A stretch of DNA of 64,000 nucleotides from a bacterium (GTDB lineage Bacteria > Patescibacteriota > Microgenomatia > Woykebacterales > RBG-16-39-9b), in the NCBI GenBank assembly GCA_030704665.1, contig JAUYID010000009.1, positions 256,832 through 320,831 of the forward strand, in the 5' to 3' direction. Below, piece by piece: positions 27,202-36,652 of this stretch; the first letter of the stretch is position 1; every line of letters begins with the position of its first letter. Position numbers and translations under genes: made by a program. Below the pieces are notes generated by a model, which saw only the letters and a program-made list of their open reading frames with translations, searched no databases and was not told the origin of the DNA.

Positions 27202-28756
27202 AAGCCCCAAATGGCCAATTCTTTATGAAAACATCTTGCGAGTTGGAGATCCGGATCAATCTGTTGGGGTGGTTACCCTTTGGACTGAGCGGGATGTGAT
27301 CAAGGATTCTTTGGAGAAGAAAGATTATGCCGCCATCGGCAATCTTTATTCGGCAGCTGGAATCAACCACATGATGCGCAACGTTCTCGCCAATCCGCAC
27401 ATCAAGCATTTGGTTGTTTGGGGAGCAGATATGTCGGGGTCAGCCTCGTCCCTGCGCAATTTTATGGAAAAAGGGATTGATGAAAACTACAAGATTCAAG
27501 GTGCTCCGGGCGAGATCGAAAAAGAAATACCTAGGCAGGCAGTTGAGGATTTTCGCAAAAACGTAGAGCTCATCGATATGCGCGGCAAGCCGAAGGAAGA
27601 AGTGGTCAAAGTGGTCAAATCTTTCAAAAAAGAAAAACCTTTTCGGCCTAAAGCGGAAGTCTTTCCAGCCTCGGAGAAGAAAGTTTCGACCTGGCCTTCG
27701 GAGCAAGTTAGTTATCGTATCGAAGCTCCAACTGTCGCACAGCTTTGGCTCAAAGTGCTCAACATGGTCACCAAGTACGGCCGGGTTAAAAGTACCAGAT
27801 ATGCAACGACCAACGAGCTCAAAGAGCTTTTAAATCTGAATGCGGTTGTGACTGAGGAAGACCCACTCAACGAGTATTTTCCCGAGTATTTACCCTTCAC
27901 CATGCAGGAGTTGAAGGCTTATTACCCCGAATGGTTGACCGCTCGGCGAATTCCCGGGACTGCCTACAACTATGGTGACCGCATGCGCAACATGGATGGG
28001 ATCAACCAAATCGAAGAAATCAAAAAACTTTTGCAGACCAGACCGGACAGCAAAAAGATGATCGCTTCTCTATACAATGTCAAAGTTGACTGGGCGGCTG
28101 CCAACACGGGGGACACACCCTGCATTACTCAAGTCATTTGTGGTGTGCAGGACAAAAAACTTTTCATGACCGTCCACGTGCGCAGTCAAGACATGTTCCA
28201 CGGCTGGCCCCGCAACATGTTTGCTGCTCGCAAACTGCAAAAAGAAATCGCCGATTCGGCTGGCTACCCACTGGGGAAACTGGCGATGATTACCCACAGT
28301 GCTCATATGTATGCTGATGACTGGACCACTTCCCAGCAAATTCTTGAGGACTGGTATATCAAAGAAGCGAAGCACAAGGCCGGCTACCGCTTTGACGAAG
28401 ATCCCCGCGGTAACTGGCTGATTGAGGTAGATCGAGTAAATAGTTTGATCACTGCCAAACTCTATACAGCTGACATGAGTACGCAGTTAGCAATGTTTCA
28501 CGGCAAGACCGCTGAAGAGGTGGCCTACCAAATCGGGGACTGGGAGCTGATCACGATGACTTCACACGCCGAAATTGTTGGCATTGAGCTAGGCAAAGCC
28601 GAGATTGCCCTCAAAGCTGGTCTTGAGTATCGCCAAGATAAACCCTTAGATTTAAATAAAAAATACGTTGCTGAAGAGTTGATTAAACAAGAAGAAATTC
28701 CCGCCGAAACCCGTTACGTGCGCAAAGGTAAAAAAGTAATTCCTCTCAAAAACTAA
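27191..28756 (+). CDS. thyA: Thymidylate synthase-like protein fused to an N-terminal MtrA-like domain and a C-terminal DUF4346-like domain
   Basis: N-terminal VVTLWT...GNLYS...RNVLANPHI; TS core YNYGDR, TPC, RSQD...N, SAHMY; C-terminal DPRGNWLI...SHAEIVGIELGKAEIAL...YRQD. Confidence 0.85.
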   Translation: MATRSPKWPILYENILRVGDPDQSVGVVTLWTERDVIKDSLEKKDYAAIGNLYSAAGINHMMRNVLANPHIKHLVVWGADMSGSASSLRNFMEKGIDENYKIQGAPGEIEKEIPRQAVEDFRKNVELIDMRGKPKEEVVKVVKSFKKEKPFRPKAEVFPASEKKVSTWPSEQVSYRIEAPTVAQLWLKVLNMVTKYGRVKSTRYATTNELKELLNLNAVVTEEDPLNEYFPEYLPFTMQELKAYYPEWLTARRIPGTAYNYGDRMRNMDGINQIEEIKKLLQTRPDSKKMIASLYNVKVDWAAANTGDTPCITQVICGVQDKKLFMTVHVRSQDMFHGWPRNMFAARKLQKEIADSAGYPLGKLAMITHSAHMYADDWTTSQQILEDWYIKEAKHKAGYRFDEDPRGNWLIEVDRVNSLITAKLYTADMSTQLAMFHGKTAEEVAYQIGDWELITMTSHAEIVGIELGKAEIALKAGLEYRQDKPLDLNKKYVAEELIKQEEIPAETRYVRKGKKVIPLKN

Positions 28757-28858
28757 ACTTGATTTCCGTGCCTGAGTATACTATACTATGGGACAGAAAA
28801 CTGAGCGTGGACAACACGAGTTCGTGCTCTTGCATTTGAACAAGAGAGGAAGAGGGAA

Positions 28859-29590
28859 ATGTCGGATCTGTTTTACTACCTACGGTACAACACTGTGGCG
28901 GGTGAGGACTGGTGGCTCTTCCGTATCGTGGCCTGGTACTGCCGCAGCCGCAGGATTGACCTGCCGGCAGGACGGTGCCACTTCAGCGAGATCATCTGCC
29001 TCTACGTCCCGATCTACGTCGCTCTCGGTCTGCTCTTCAAGCTGATCGTCGGCGTCATCTGGCCGCTTCTTCGCTTCGTGACCCGACCGCTCTGGATGCC
29101 AGTTCTTTGGTATCTGAGAAGGTTGGATGAAGAGTTCAGCCATAGGGCAATCCGCAGTTTAACCCTTGCCACCGTGGCGGTCCTTGGGTTGCTCTTCTAC
29201 ACGGGCGTCTCAATCGGCCTCGATCTTAGGGATGGAAGCCTGTCTGATGAAGGCGACGATGCCTCTGCAATGGAGGTGGCTCTGGTAGTGTTGGCCTTCT
29301 TCGGCTTTCTGACGGCGGAGTATATTCTTGTCTGGATCTATGATGCCGTTCGGCCGAGATTACAGCCAGCTTTTGAACTCGGTCACGAGGCCTCGGAAGC
29401 ACTGCATCGGCCCACGGTCCGCCAAGTTGGTGGTGTGGTTGTCTCGCCGTTCAAGATTGTGCCGGCGGGAGCTCGTTTCGGACGCGACTTCGGGGCTGTA
29501 ACGTTCAGTACAGTCCGCGGAGGTTGGCGGCGGACGGTTTGCCCGCGCTTGACTTACAGGTTCGACACGAGCAAGTACCGGCAGCAATAA
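28859..29590 (+). CDS. Hypothetical membrane protein (orphan)
   Basis: Purine-rich SD; three hydrophobic segments; GC-rich. Confidence 0.65.
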   Translation: MSDLFYYLRYNTVAGEDWWLFRIVAWYCRSRRIDLPAGRCHFSEIICLYVPIYVALGLLFKLIVGVIWPLLRFVTRPLWMPVLWYLRRLDEEFSHRAIRSLTLATVAVLGLLFYTGVSIGLDLRDGSLSDEGDDASAMEVALVVLAFFGFLTAEYILVWIYDAVRPRLQPAFELGHEASEALHRPTVRQVGGVVVSPFKIVPAGARFGRDFGAVTFSTVRGGWRRTVCPRLTYRFDTSKYRQQ

Positions 29591-29637
29591 GGCGCGAACA
29601 GCCAAAGCTCGTGCTCTGAGCAAGAGAGGAGTCAGTC

Positions 29638-29877
29638 ATGAGACAGGTGATGGCCATTCTTTACGCATTGCTGGGCGTAGCCATGGTCTTCGCTTTCTTC
29701 TGGGCAGTGGTCCAGGGAGGAAGGACAAGCTGGATCGCCTTCGCGGTCCTCGTCTTGGGGTTCGTAGTGCTGTACCCTTTCGTCGGTAGACTCGTTCCGA
29801 AACGGCGACGGGCAGCGGAGCACCACTACCTGCACAAGGTGATGGACTCGACCCACCGACCGCGGCGCTTTGGTTAG
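29638..29877 (+). CDS. Small two-TM membrane protein (orphan)
   Basis: SD GAGGAG. Confidence 0.6.
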   Translation: MRQVMAILYALLGVAMVFAFFWAVVQGGRTSWIAFAVLVLGFVVLYPFVGRLVPKRRRAAEHHYLHKVMDSTHRPRRFG

Positions 29878-29887
29878 GAGGGCAAGC

Positions 29888-30076
29888 TTGGGCAAGTCTG
29901 AACCCGATGAATGGACCGGCGAGCGCCTAGAAAGGTTCCAGGAATGGAAGGAGGAAGTCTAATACGAGCGGGAACGTGAGCGCTACATGGTTTCCTGCTG
30001 GCGTTGCGATTTTCGGTTTTGCACCATTCAAGGATACGAATGTCCAGATTGTGGTTGTAAGAACGGAGGTTTATGA
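29888..30076 (+). pseudogene. Small zinc-ribbon protein interrupted by an in-frame TAA
   Basis: SD AGGAGGG, TTG start; ...QEWKEEV*YERERERYMVSCWRC...CPDCG; TAA at 29960. Confidence 0.5.
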
Positions 30077-30172
30077 CGCAGTGGTGGCAAGCTCGAAAGA
30101 GAACGACAGCAATATCTGTCTACCTCTTGCCAATACCCTAAACTAAGCAGCAATAACTGGTTAATTTAGGAA

Positions 30173-30206
30173 GAGAAACGACCTAGCAATGGGTCGTTTT
30201 TCTTTG
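30173..30206 (+). terminator. Intrinsic terminator (near-duplicate of 8935-8968)
   Basis: GAGAAACGAC...GGGTCGTTTTTCTTTG. Confidence 0.7.
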
Positions 30207-30213
30207 CTTAAAT

Positions 30214-30271
30214 GTCATTCTCGGTTTTGATCGAGAATCTTCCGGAAGATCCTCGTTTTCACGAGGATGAC
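30214..30271. repeat. GTCA...TGAC palindromic miniature repeat
   Basis: GTCATTCTCG...CGAGAATCT...AGATCCTCG...CGAGGATGAC. Confidence 0.8.
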
Positions 30272-30378
30272 ATGAGAAGTTACTCCTAACTTTGTATTCA
30301 CACCTCTTAATTCAAAACTCATCACTGCTTGCTCGCTAAGCGTATAATATTCCTCAATTCGGCTAGTTTAGTGATCGA

Positions 30379-30807
30379 ATGGAGACGATCATGAAGAAAG
30401 GCAGGATCCCCGACCTACGCAAGTGCAAGAACTGTCAGCGACTCTACCGCAAGCACAAATCGGTGAACTACTGCTGTTTTTGCGGGACGAGCTTAGGAGA
30501 GAGGCAACTTCCCAAAGTTCGCCTTTCCTGTAGCGCTGATCTGAGCCGGCTGACCCGTGTCCTCTATTACCGACGAGCCGGTCGCAACCAGTACTCGAAT
30601 CGAAAAGCGGCTCGTTGTCTACAAGCACTGGCTGAAAATGACAGCAAGCAGCTCTACCGCATTGTGGTGCTTCATCTGGAGCTCAACAACCACGGACAGT
30701 CCTGGTCCTTTGCAAAGATTGGTCGGCAGACAGGACTCTCAGAATCAACCGTGCGGTCTCGCTATCACATTGCTGTGCGGAAGATGCGCGAGATGATCTG
30801 GCAATAA
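30379..30807 (+). CDS. Zinc-ribbon + sigma-70 region 4-type HTH protein
   Basis: CKNC...CCFCG; SFAKIGRQTGLSESTVRSRYHIAVRKMR. Confidence 0.7.
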   Translation: METIMKKGRIPDLRKCKNCQRLYRKHKSVNYCCFCGTSLGERQLPKVRLSCSADLSRLTRVLYYRRAGRNQYSNRKAARCLQALAENDSKQLYRIVVLHLELNNHGQSWSFAKIGRQTGLSESTVRSRYHIAVRKMREMIWQ

Positions 30808-30913
30808 ATAGGTAGACGAGATCGGGTGGGGCTTCGGATTAAACTAAACTAATCCCAGCTCCACCCAAGACGAACTTCCCCAAAATTTGTTTCCTATAGT
30901 ATAGTAATGCAAT

Positions 30914-31576
30914 ATGTCAGCTAAGTTCATTGTTTTCGAGGGCTCGGACGGAACTGGAAAAACTACCCAAGCAAAACTTTTAAGAGACTTTTTGGCCAAA
31001 AAGGGTATCGACTCGGTTATTATCGATTTTCCTCGCTATTGGAGCAGTTTTCATGGACGTATTATCCGCCGCTACTTGCACGGTGAACTTGGTAAGCTTG
31101 ATCATGTTAATCCTTATCTGATTTCCTTTGCTTATTCTCTCGATCGGGCCACCGCCAAAGAAGAAATCCAAGGCTGGCTTAACGAAGGAAAATTTGTTAT
31201 CGCTGATCGTTACGCTCCTTCCAACATGGCTTATCAGGCGGCGAAGCTGCCACCCTCCAAACGTAATCAGTTCATTAAATGGGATTACGATTTGGAATAC
31301 AAAGAGAATAAAATTGTCCCGGAAGATTTTGTCCTCTATCTTTACCTTCCAATTGATATCACTACCAAACTCTTGAAAAAAAGAAACCGTAAACTAGACA
31401 TTCATGAAGTTAATGTTGATCTTTTGAGAGAGAGTCAAAAAATGTATTTAAAGCTTTCAAAAAGATTCAAACACTGGGTTGTTATCAACTGTGTCGATGA
31501 GCAAGGAAACCTCAAAAGCAGGGAAGAGATTCACGAGAAAATAGTTGCAACTCTGAAAAAGTTAAATATAATTTAA
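30914..31576 (+). CDS. tmk: Thymidylate kinase
   Basis: FIVFEGSDGTGKTTQ, IADRY...SNMAYQ. Confidence 0.95.
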   Translation: MSAKFIVFEGSDGTGKTTQAKLLRDFLAKKGIDSVIIDFPRYWSSFHGRIIRRYLHGELGKLDHVNPYLISFAYSLDRATAKEEIQGWLNEGKFVIADRYAPSNMAYQAAKLPPSKRNQFIKWDYDLEYKENKIVPEDFVLYLYLPIDITTKLLKKRNRKLDIHEVNVDLLRESQKMYLKLSKRFKHWVVINCVDEQGNLKSREEIHEKIVATLKKLNII

Positions 31577-31578
31577 TC

Positions 31579-31824
31579 ATGGATCATAATCCTGCCGAAA
31601 ACCCACTCAATCTTCAAGACGAGACGATCAAAGCTTACCTTGCTAAACACCCTGAAAAGACTGCAGAACTGACTTCAACTCTGATGAGTGCGGAAGAGGA
31701 AATTACTCCAAAACAAACAGACGACCCCTTAGGTATTTCCGGAACCAAAATCGGAGTTCTTGCCCTTTTTGGAGTGTTGATTTTAATTGTTGGGTTTGCA
31801 ATTTTTAAATTACTTTCTGTTTAA
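31579..31824 (+). CDS. Small protein with C-terminal TM
   Basis: Starts directly after tmk; C-terminal hydrophobic helix. Confidence 0.55.
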   Translation: MDHNPAENPLNLQDETIKAYLAKHPEKTAELTSTLMSAEEEITPKQTDDPLGISGTKIGVLALFGVLILIVGFAIFKLLSV

Positions 31825-31874
31825 ACTTGCTTACCCTTGACTGTTTTGCTATACTGAGCCGCGTTACTAAATTT

Positions 31875-31960
31875 CACACACCTGAGCAAAGAAAAGCCCT
31901 GCGCTTTGTCCGTCAGTTTACGAAGTAAACCTGACGAGACGGGCGAACTTCAGGTGGAGG
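31875..31960 (+). ncRNA. rpsB leader (t44/S2 autoregulatory RNA)
   Basis: CACACACC...GGTGGAGG termini typical of t44; TTGCTT-N17-TATACT promoter upstream; lies before rpsB. Confidence 0.7.
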
Positions 31961-32118
31961 ACAGAAAGGGTTTATTCTTTAATTTTAATTACATCGACCT
32001 AAATTTAAACCCTTCGGGACTATTTTCCGGAGAAATTAGCTTAGAAAAACTTTAGGTATTGTATGCGGTCGATATTATTCAAAACTAGAAATTGTAGGAT
32101 TTAAGGAAGTTTTAAATT

Positions 32119-32853
32119 ATGGCAAAAACACCGTCAATGAAAGAACTACTTGAAGCTGGGGCTCACTTTGGGCATCAGACCAGGCGTTGGAATCCCAAAA
32201 TGGGTAATTATATTTTTGGGGCGCGCGCCGGGGTCCATATTCTCGATCTGGAAAAAACCGAGGAAAAACTCAAAGAGGCAGCCGAATTTGTGCGTGAAAC
32301 AGTCGAAAAAGGCGGCAGCGTCGTTTTCTTGGCAACCAAAAAGCAAGCCCAGGAAATCGTTAAAACTGAAGCTGAACGAGTCGGGGCAATGTTTCTGGTC
32401 GAGCGCTGGCTCGGCGGGCTTTTCACCAATTTCGAGGCAGTCAAAAAGACAATTGAGAAAATTCCCCAACTTGAGGAAAATTTAAAACCGGAGAGCAAAT
32501 TTACCAAAAAAGAGCAGCTTTTGATCAGTCGCGAACTGGCCAAGCTAAATCGCAATATTGGTGGGATAAAGAATCTTGAGAAGCTTCCTGAGATACTTTT
32601 TGTTGTTGATGCGAAGAAAGAAGACAACGCGATCAAGGAGGCCAGAAAAACCGGTGTCAAGGTCGTTAGTATCGTCGATACCAACGCTGACCCGACCAGT
32701 GTTGATTTTCCAATTCCCGCCAACGATGACGCGATCAAATCGATCAGTCTGGTTGTGAAAACCATTGCCGACGCCTTTGAAGAAGGGAAGGCAGCAAACC
32801 AGAAAAGAATGGAAAAAGAAGCTAAAAAAGTCGAGAAGGAAAAGGAGGATTAG
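32119..32853 (+). CDS. rpsB: 30S ribosomal protein S2
   Basis: LLEAGAHFGHQTRRWNPKM, IPANDDAIKSI. Confidence 0.98.
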   Translation: MAKTPSMKELLEAGAHFGHQTRRWNPKMGNYIFGARAGVHILDLEKTEEKLKEAAEFVRETVEKGGSVVFLATKKQAQEIVKTEAERVGAMFLVERWLGGLFTNFEAVKKTIEKIPQLEENLKPESKFTKKEQLLISRELAKLNRNIGGIKNLEKLPEILFVVDAKKEDNAIKEARKTGVKVVSIVDTNADPTSVDFPIPANDDAIKSISLVVKTIADAFEEGKAANQKRMEKEAKKVEKEKED

Positions 32854-32854
32854 A

Positions 32855-33316
32855 ATGACAGACATTAACGCTGCACAAGTGAAACAACTTCGAGAAGAAA
32901 CCGGGGCAGGGGTGATGGACGCCCGCAAAGCCTTGCTCGATTCTGATGGAGACATGGAAAAAGCCAAGGACATCCTCAAAGCCGCCGGAGCAGAAAAGGT
33001 TGCCAAAAGAGCGCGGCGTGAGACCGGACAAGGCCTGATTGAAACCTACGTCCACGCTGGTGGCAAGGTTGGGGCTATGGTACACTTAGCTTGCGAAACC
33101 GATTTCGTTGCCAAAACTGACGAGTTTAAAAATCTCGCCCGCGAAATTGCCATGCAAGTGGCCGCCATGAATCCAGCCGATGTTGACGAGTTGGAAAAAC
33201 AGGACTACATCCGCGAGCCGGGAAAGACCATCAAAACTTTGATCGACGAGGTCATCGCCAAAACTGGTGAGAACGTACAAGTTAAAAAAATGGTTCGCTA
33301 CTCGCTCACCGATTAA
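32855..33316 (+). CDS. tsf: Elongation factor Ts (short form)
   Basis: VKQLREETGAGVMD, CETDFVA; start at ATG 32855. Confidence 0.96.
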   Translation: MTDINAAQVKQLREETGAGVMDARKALLDSDGDMEKAKDILKAAGAEKVAKRARRETGQGLIETYVHAGGKVGAMVHLACETDFVAKTDEFKNLAREIAMQVAAMNPADVDELEKQDYIREPGKTIKTLIDEVIAKTGENVQVKKMVRYSLTD

Positions 33317-33334
33317 GCTGTAACCTTATAAAAT

Positions 33335-33382
33335 GTCATCCTGAATTTATTTCAGTATGACCAACTGGATACTGAAACAAGC
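33335..33382. repeat. Degenerate GTCA...TGAC repeat between tsf and frr
   Basis: GTCATCCTGAATTTATTTCAG...CTGAAACAAG, similar to the copy at 52867. Confidence 0.7.
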
Positions 33383-33401
33383 TAAGTAAAACAAGCCACA
33401 G

Positions 33402-33956
33402 ATGGAACAACTTCTTACCCAAACAAAAGAAAAAATGAATAAAGCTCTTTCTCACCTTGATGAAGAGTTAAAAGGGGTTCGCACTGGTCGAGCAACACCA
33501 GCTTTGATTGAAGGGGTGAAGGTGGCTGTTTATGGCTCCCCACTAAATTTGCGGGATGTGGCCAGTGTCAATGCTCCCGAGCCAAGAATGCTTTTGGTCC
33601 AGCCCTGGGATCCGAACAATACCGACGCAGTCGCCAAAGCTATCCGTGAAGCCGGTTTAGGTTTTAACCCGATTGTTGAGGCAAACTTAGTTCGTGTTCC
33701 GGTTCCAGAACTAACAGAGGAAAGAAGAAATGAGTTGACCAAGCTGGTCAGCGAAAAGGCTGAGGGAGCCAGAGTTGCCCTACGCGCGATTCGTCGGGAA
33801 GCAATGGAAACAATTGACAAAGAAAAAAAGAATTCGCAAATCAGTGAAGACGAACAAAAACGTCATCAAGAGCAGGTACAAAAAATTACCGACGAGGATA
33901 TGAAGACTTTAGAAGAAAGAGTAAAATCAAAGCAAGCGGAGCTGGCCCAAATTTAA
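33402..33956 (+). CDS. frr: Ribosome recycling factor
   Basis: VRTGRATP, PELTEERR. Confidence 0.97.
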   Translation: MEQLLTQTKEKMNKALSHLDEELKGVRTGRATPALIEGVKVAVYGSPLNLRDVASVNAPEPRMLLVQPWDPNNTDAVAKAIREAGLGFNPIVEANLVRVPVPELTEERRNELTKLVSEKAEGARVALRAIRREAMETIDKEKKNSQISEDEQKRHQEQVQKITDEDMKTLEERVKSKQAELAQI

Positions 33957-35099
33957 ATGTTACTCACCATTGCTATCATTGCCATTGGAATAGTTGTCAC
34001 CGCCGCCCTGATCACTTTTCTGGTCACAATCCACGAATTCGGTCATTTTCTGACGGCCAAATTTTTTGGAGTAAAAGTCGAAGAGTTTGGGATTGGCTTT
34101 CCTTTTCCGGGGCGACTTTGGAAAAAGAAATTCGGTGAGACGGAATATTCAATCGGAACTTTGCCGGCCGGGGGTTTTGTCAGACTTTTTGGTGAAGAGG
34201 AAGAAGAGAACAAGCCCCGCAGTTTTTCTTCCAAACCGGCTTGGCAAAGAGCAGTCATAATAGTAGCCGGAGTTTTTGTTAACTTCGTTTTTGCTTTTGT
34301 TCTCTTTACCGCCTTACTTGGGTTTTCTGGCTGGAAAACGCAGATTCCGCAGCTTTTTGGAGTCAACCACTTTCCTTTTGGTAGTCAAGAAAACCAAGTT
34401 CTTGTCGTTGACGTTGAAAAAGATTCCGGTGCTGACACGGCGGGAATAGAGGCAGGGGATATCATCTTGAGTGTAAATGAGAAAAAGATTGAGTCAATCG
34501 AAGAGTTGAGAGGAGGAACCAACGCTTCAAAAGGACAGGCTTTGAATCTGACACTGGAAAACTCACAAACAGAAGAAAAGCGCCAAGCCCAAGTCACCCC
34601 AAGGTACAATGAAGAAGAAAAACGATGGTTGATCGGAGTTGCACCTTCTGAATTGACCGTGCTTTCTTATCCAAGTTTGGCCGAAAAAATCTTTGTCGGG
34701 CCACTGCACTCGGCTAACATGTTGCAGTACCAATACGAAGTGATGAAAAATCTCTTTTCCACTTCGGTAAAAGAGGGCAATGCAACCCCAATTACCCAGA
34801 ATGTCTCTGGAGTTGTTGGTGTAGGTGGAGTCATCACCCAACTGATCCAAGTTCTCGGCTTTGGGGCTGCCGTCCCACTGCTGACTGTCATGGCTCTTTT
34901 GAGTTTGCTGCTTGCCATCATCAATGTCTTACCCATTCCAGCGGTTGACGGCGGACGACTCTTTTTTGTTTTGGTCGAGCTTGTCACTAGAAAAAAAGTC
35001 AACGCCACGGTTGAGCGTTGGGTCCATACCGCTGGCTTTGGCATCTTGATCGTGCTTTTCGTTCTTATTACTTTTAATGACATCCTTAAGTTTTTCTAG
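33957..35099 (+). CDS. rseP: RIP metalloprotease RseP (M50 + PDZ)
   Basis: HEFGH, PDZ domain, NVLPIPAVDGGR. Confidence 0.93.
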   Translation: MLLTIAIIAIGIVVTAALITFLVTIHEFGHFLTAKFFGVKVEEFGIGFPFPGRLWKKKFGETEYSIGTLPAGGFVRLFGEEEEENKPRSFSSKPAWQRAVIIVAGVFVNFVFAFVLFTALLGFSGWKTQIPQLFGVNHFPFGSQENQVLVVDVEKDSGADTAGIEAGDIILSVNEKKIESIEELRGGTNASKGQALNLTLENSQTEEKRQAQVTPRYNEEEKRWLIGVAPSELTVLSYPSLAEKIFVGPLHSANMLQYQYEVMKNLFSTSVKEGNATPITQNVSGVVGVGGVITQLIQVLGFGAAVPLLTVMALLSLLLAIINVLPIPAVDGGRLFFVLVELVTRKKVNATVERWVHTAGFGILIVLFVLITFNDILKFF

Positions 35100-35141
35100 C
35101 AAAGCTTGACAGAGCCTCTTTACTTGCTAAACTAAATTCAG

Positions 35142-36344
35142 ATGCGTTTTTCCGATTCCTTTATAAAAACCTTGCGCGAAGCACCGAAAGATGAAACCAG
35201 CGCTAACGCTCAACTACTAATTAAGGGTGGGTTTATCGACAAATTGATGGCTGGTTCTTATACGCTGTTGCCTTTGGGTAGGCGAGTTGAGCAAAAGATT
35301 GAGGAAATAGTTCGGGAAGAAATGAACGCTACGGGAGCACAGGAAATTCTCATGCCACTTCTTCATCCAAAAGAAATTTGGAATGAAACGGGACGTTGGG
35401 ACACAGCAGCAGAGGTGATGTATCAGTTTAAAAAAGACGAAAAAGAATACGCTCTATCGTTTACCCATGAAGAGATTGTCATGGATGTTATTCGAAAGCA
35501 CATCGGTAGTTACAAAGATTTACCCGCCAATCTTTATCAGTTTTCCACAAAATTCCGCTCGGAAAAGCGTCCAAAATCAGGAATCCTTAGGGGACGGGAG
35601 TTTCTTATGAAGGATCTCTACAGTGCACATATTAATGAGGAGGATATGTGGAAATATTACTGGCAGGTTGCTGACACATACCTAAAAGTTTTTAAGCGCA
35701 TGAATCTTGATGCGATTATTACCGAGGCTGGTGGAGGCGTTTTTACCGATAGATTGACACACGAGTTCCAAGTAAAAAGCGAGGTAGGCGAAGACACCAT
35801 TTATATGGCTGATGGTTGGAAATATGCAAAAAATGAGGAGATCATGACAGATGAGGATAGGAAAGCGAAAGGTTTAAAGTCAATTAAATCAATTGAGGTG
35901 GGGAACATTTTTCCATATGGGACTGACAAGTACTCAGATTCTATGAAAGTGCTTTACACGGATAAGAATGGAGACAAAAAGCCTGTATGGTTTGGAGCAT
36001 ACGGTATCGGTATTACACGTCTCATCGGCGTTTTGGTTGAAGTATTTCACGATGAGCACGGTATTATTTGGCCTGAGAGTGTGGCACCGGCGCAAATCCA
36101 TCTCATTAAAATTGGGGATAACAAAGAAGCCGACGAGATTTACGACAAATTAATAAAGTCAGGCAAAGAAGTCCTATACGACGACCGGGATGTCTCTGCA
36201 GGAGTAAAACTTTCCGATGCTGATCTGATCGGACTTCCACAACGCTGGGTGGTTTCAGAAAAAACTCTCAAAGAAGACAGTGTTGAAGTGAAAAAGAGAA
36301 GTGAAGAAAAGGTAACTTTGAAGAAGATAAGTGAGTTAGTTTAA
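35142..36344 (+). CDS. proS: Prolyl-tRNA synthetase (short, no editing domain)
   Basis: FRSEKRPKSGILRGREFLMKDLYS, IEVGNIF, YGIGITR. Confidence 0.95.
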   Translation: MRFSDSFIKTLREAPKDETSANAQLLIKGGFIDKLMAGSYTLLPLGRRVEQKIEEIVREEMNATGAQEILMPLLHPKEIWNETGRWDTAAEVMYQFKKDEKEYALSFTHEEIVMDVIRKHIGSYKDLPANLYQFSTKFRSEKRPKSGILRGREFLMKDLYSAHINEEDMWKYYWQVADTYLKVFKRMNLDAIITEAGGGVFTDRLTHEFQVKSEVGEDTIYMADGWKYAKNEEIMTDEDRKAKGLKSIKSIEVGNIFPYGTDKYSDSMKVLYTDKNGDKKPVWFGAYGIGITRLIGVLVEVFHDEHGIIWPESVAPAQIHLIKIGDNKEADEIYDKLIKSGKEVLYDDRDVSAGVKLSDADLIGLPQRWVVSEKTLKEDSVEVKKRSEEKVTLKKISELV

Positions 36345-36415
36345 GTCCTCCTGCCGGTAGTTCTCGTTAGTTAAAATTTTAACCTTCAAGAACCACCGGC
36401 GAAGATCGTCTCTCC

Positions 36416-36652
36416 TCAAAAATGCGGGAAGAGAAGAATCAGTAGTGCTCCGAGTGCTCCCCCAGCGACAGCCTCCCTTGGCGACAAGAAACCGGCTAGC
36501 ACCAGTGACGTGGCCACGGCAGCAAAGAGAGTCAGAGCTCCGATCATCGCTACCAAGTCCAGAACGGACATGTGCGGGAAGGTGAAGGTTGACTCTGGCC
36601 TTCGACTGTGGAAGAGGCCCCAGCCTTTCTCAAACTTTTTTGTTGGTTTCAT
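36416..36652 (-). CDS. Small membrane protein (orphan)
   Basis: SD GGAGG; ATGA overlap with the upstream gene. Confidence 0.55.
   Translation of the reverse strand: MKPTKKFEKGWGLFHSRRPESTFTFPHMSVLDLVAMIGALTLFAAVATSLVLAGFLSPREAVAGGALGALLILLFPHF

Noticed and set aside
24233-29962. Stop-codon reassignment (TAA/TAG = Gln)
   Set aside because: TAA, TAG and TGA all terminate conserved genes at the expected positions, orphans use CAA/CAG normally, and no suppressor tRNA is seen. Nonsense mutation is the simpler explanation.
32146-33280. Antisense ORFs over rpsB-tsf, and similar ones over mreB, dnaX and mfd
   Set aside because: Fully overlapping opposite-strand frames of conserved genes, with no independent signals.
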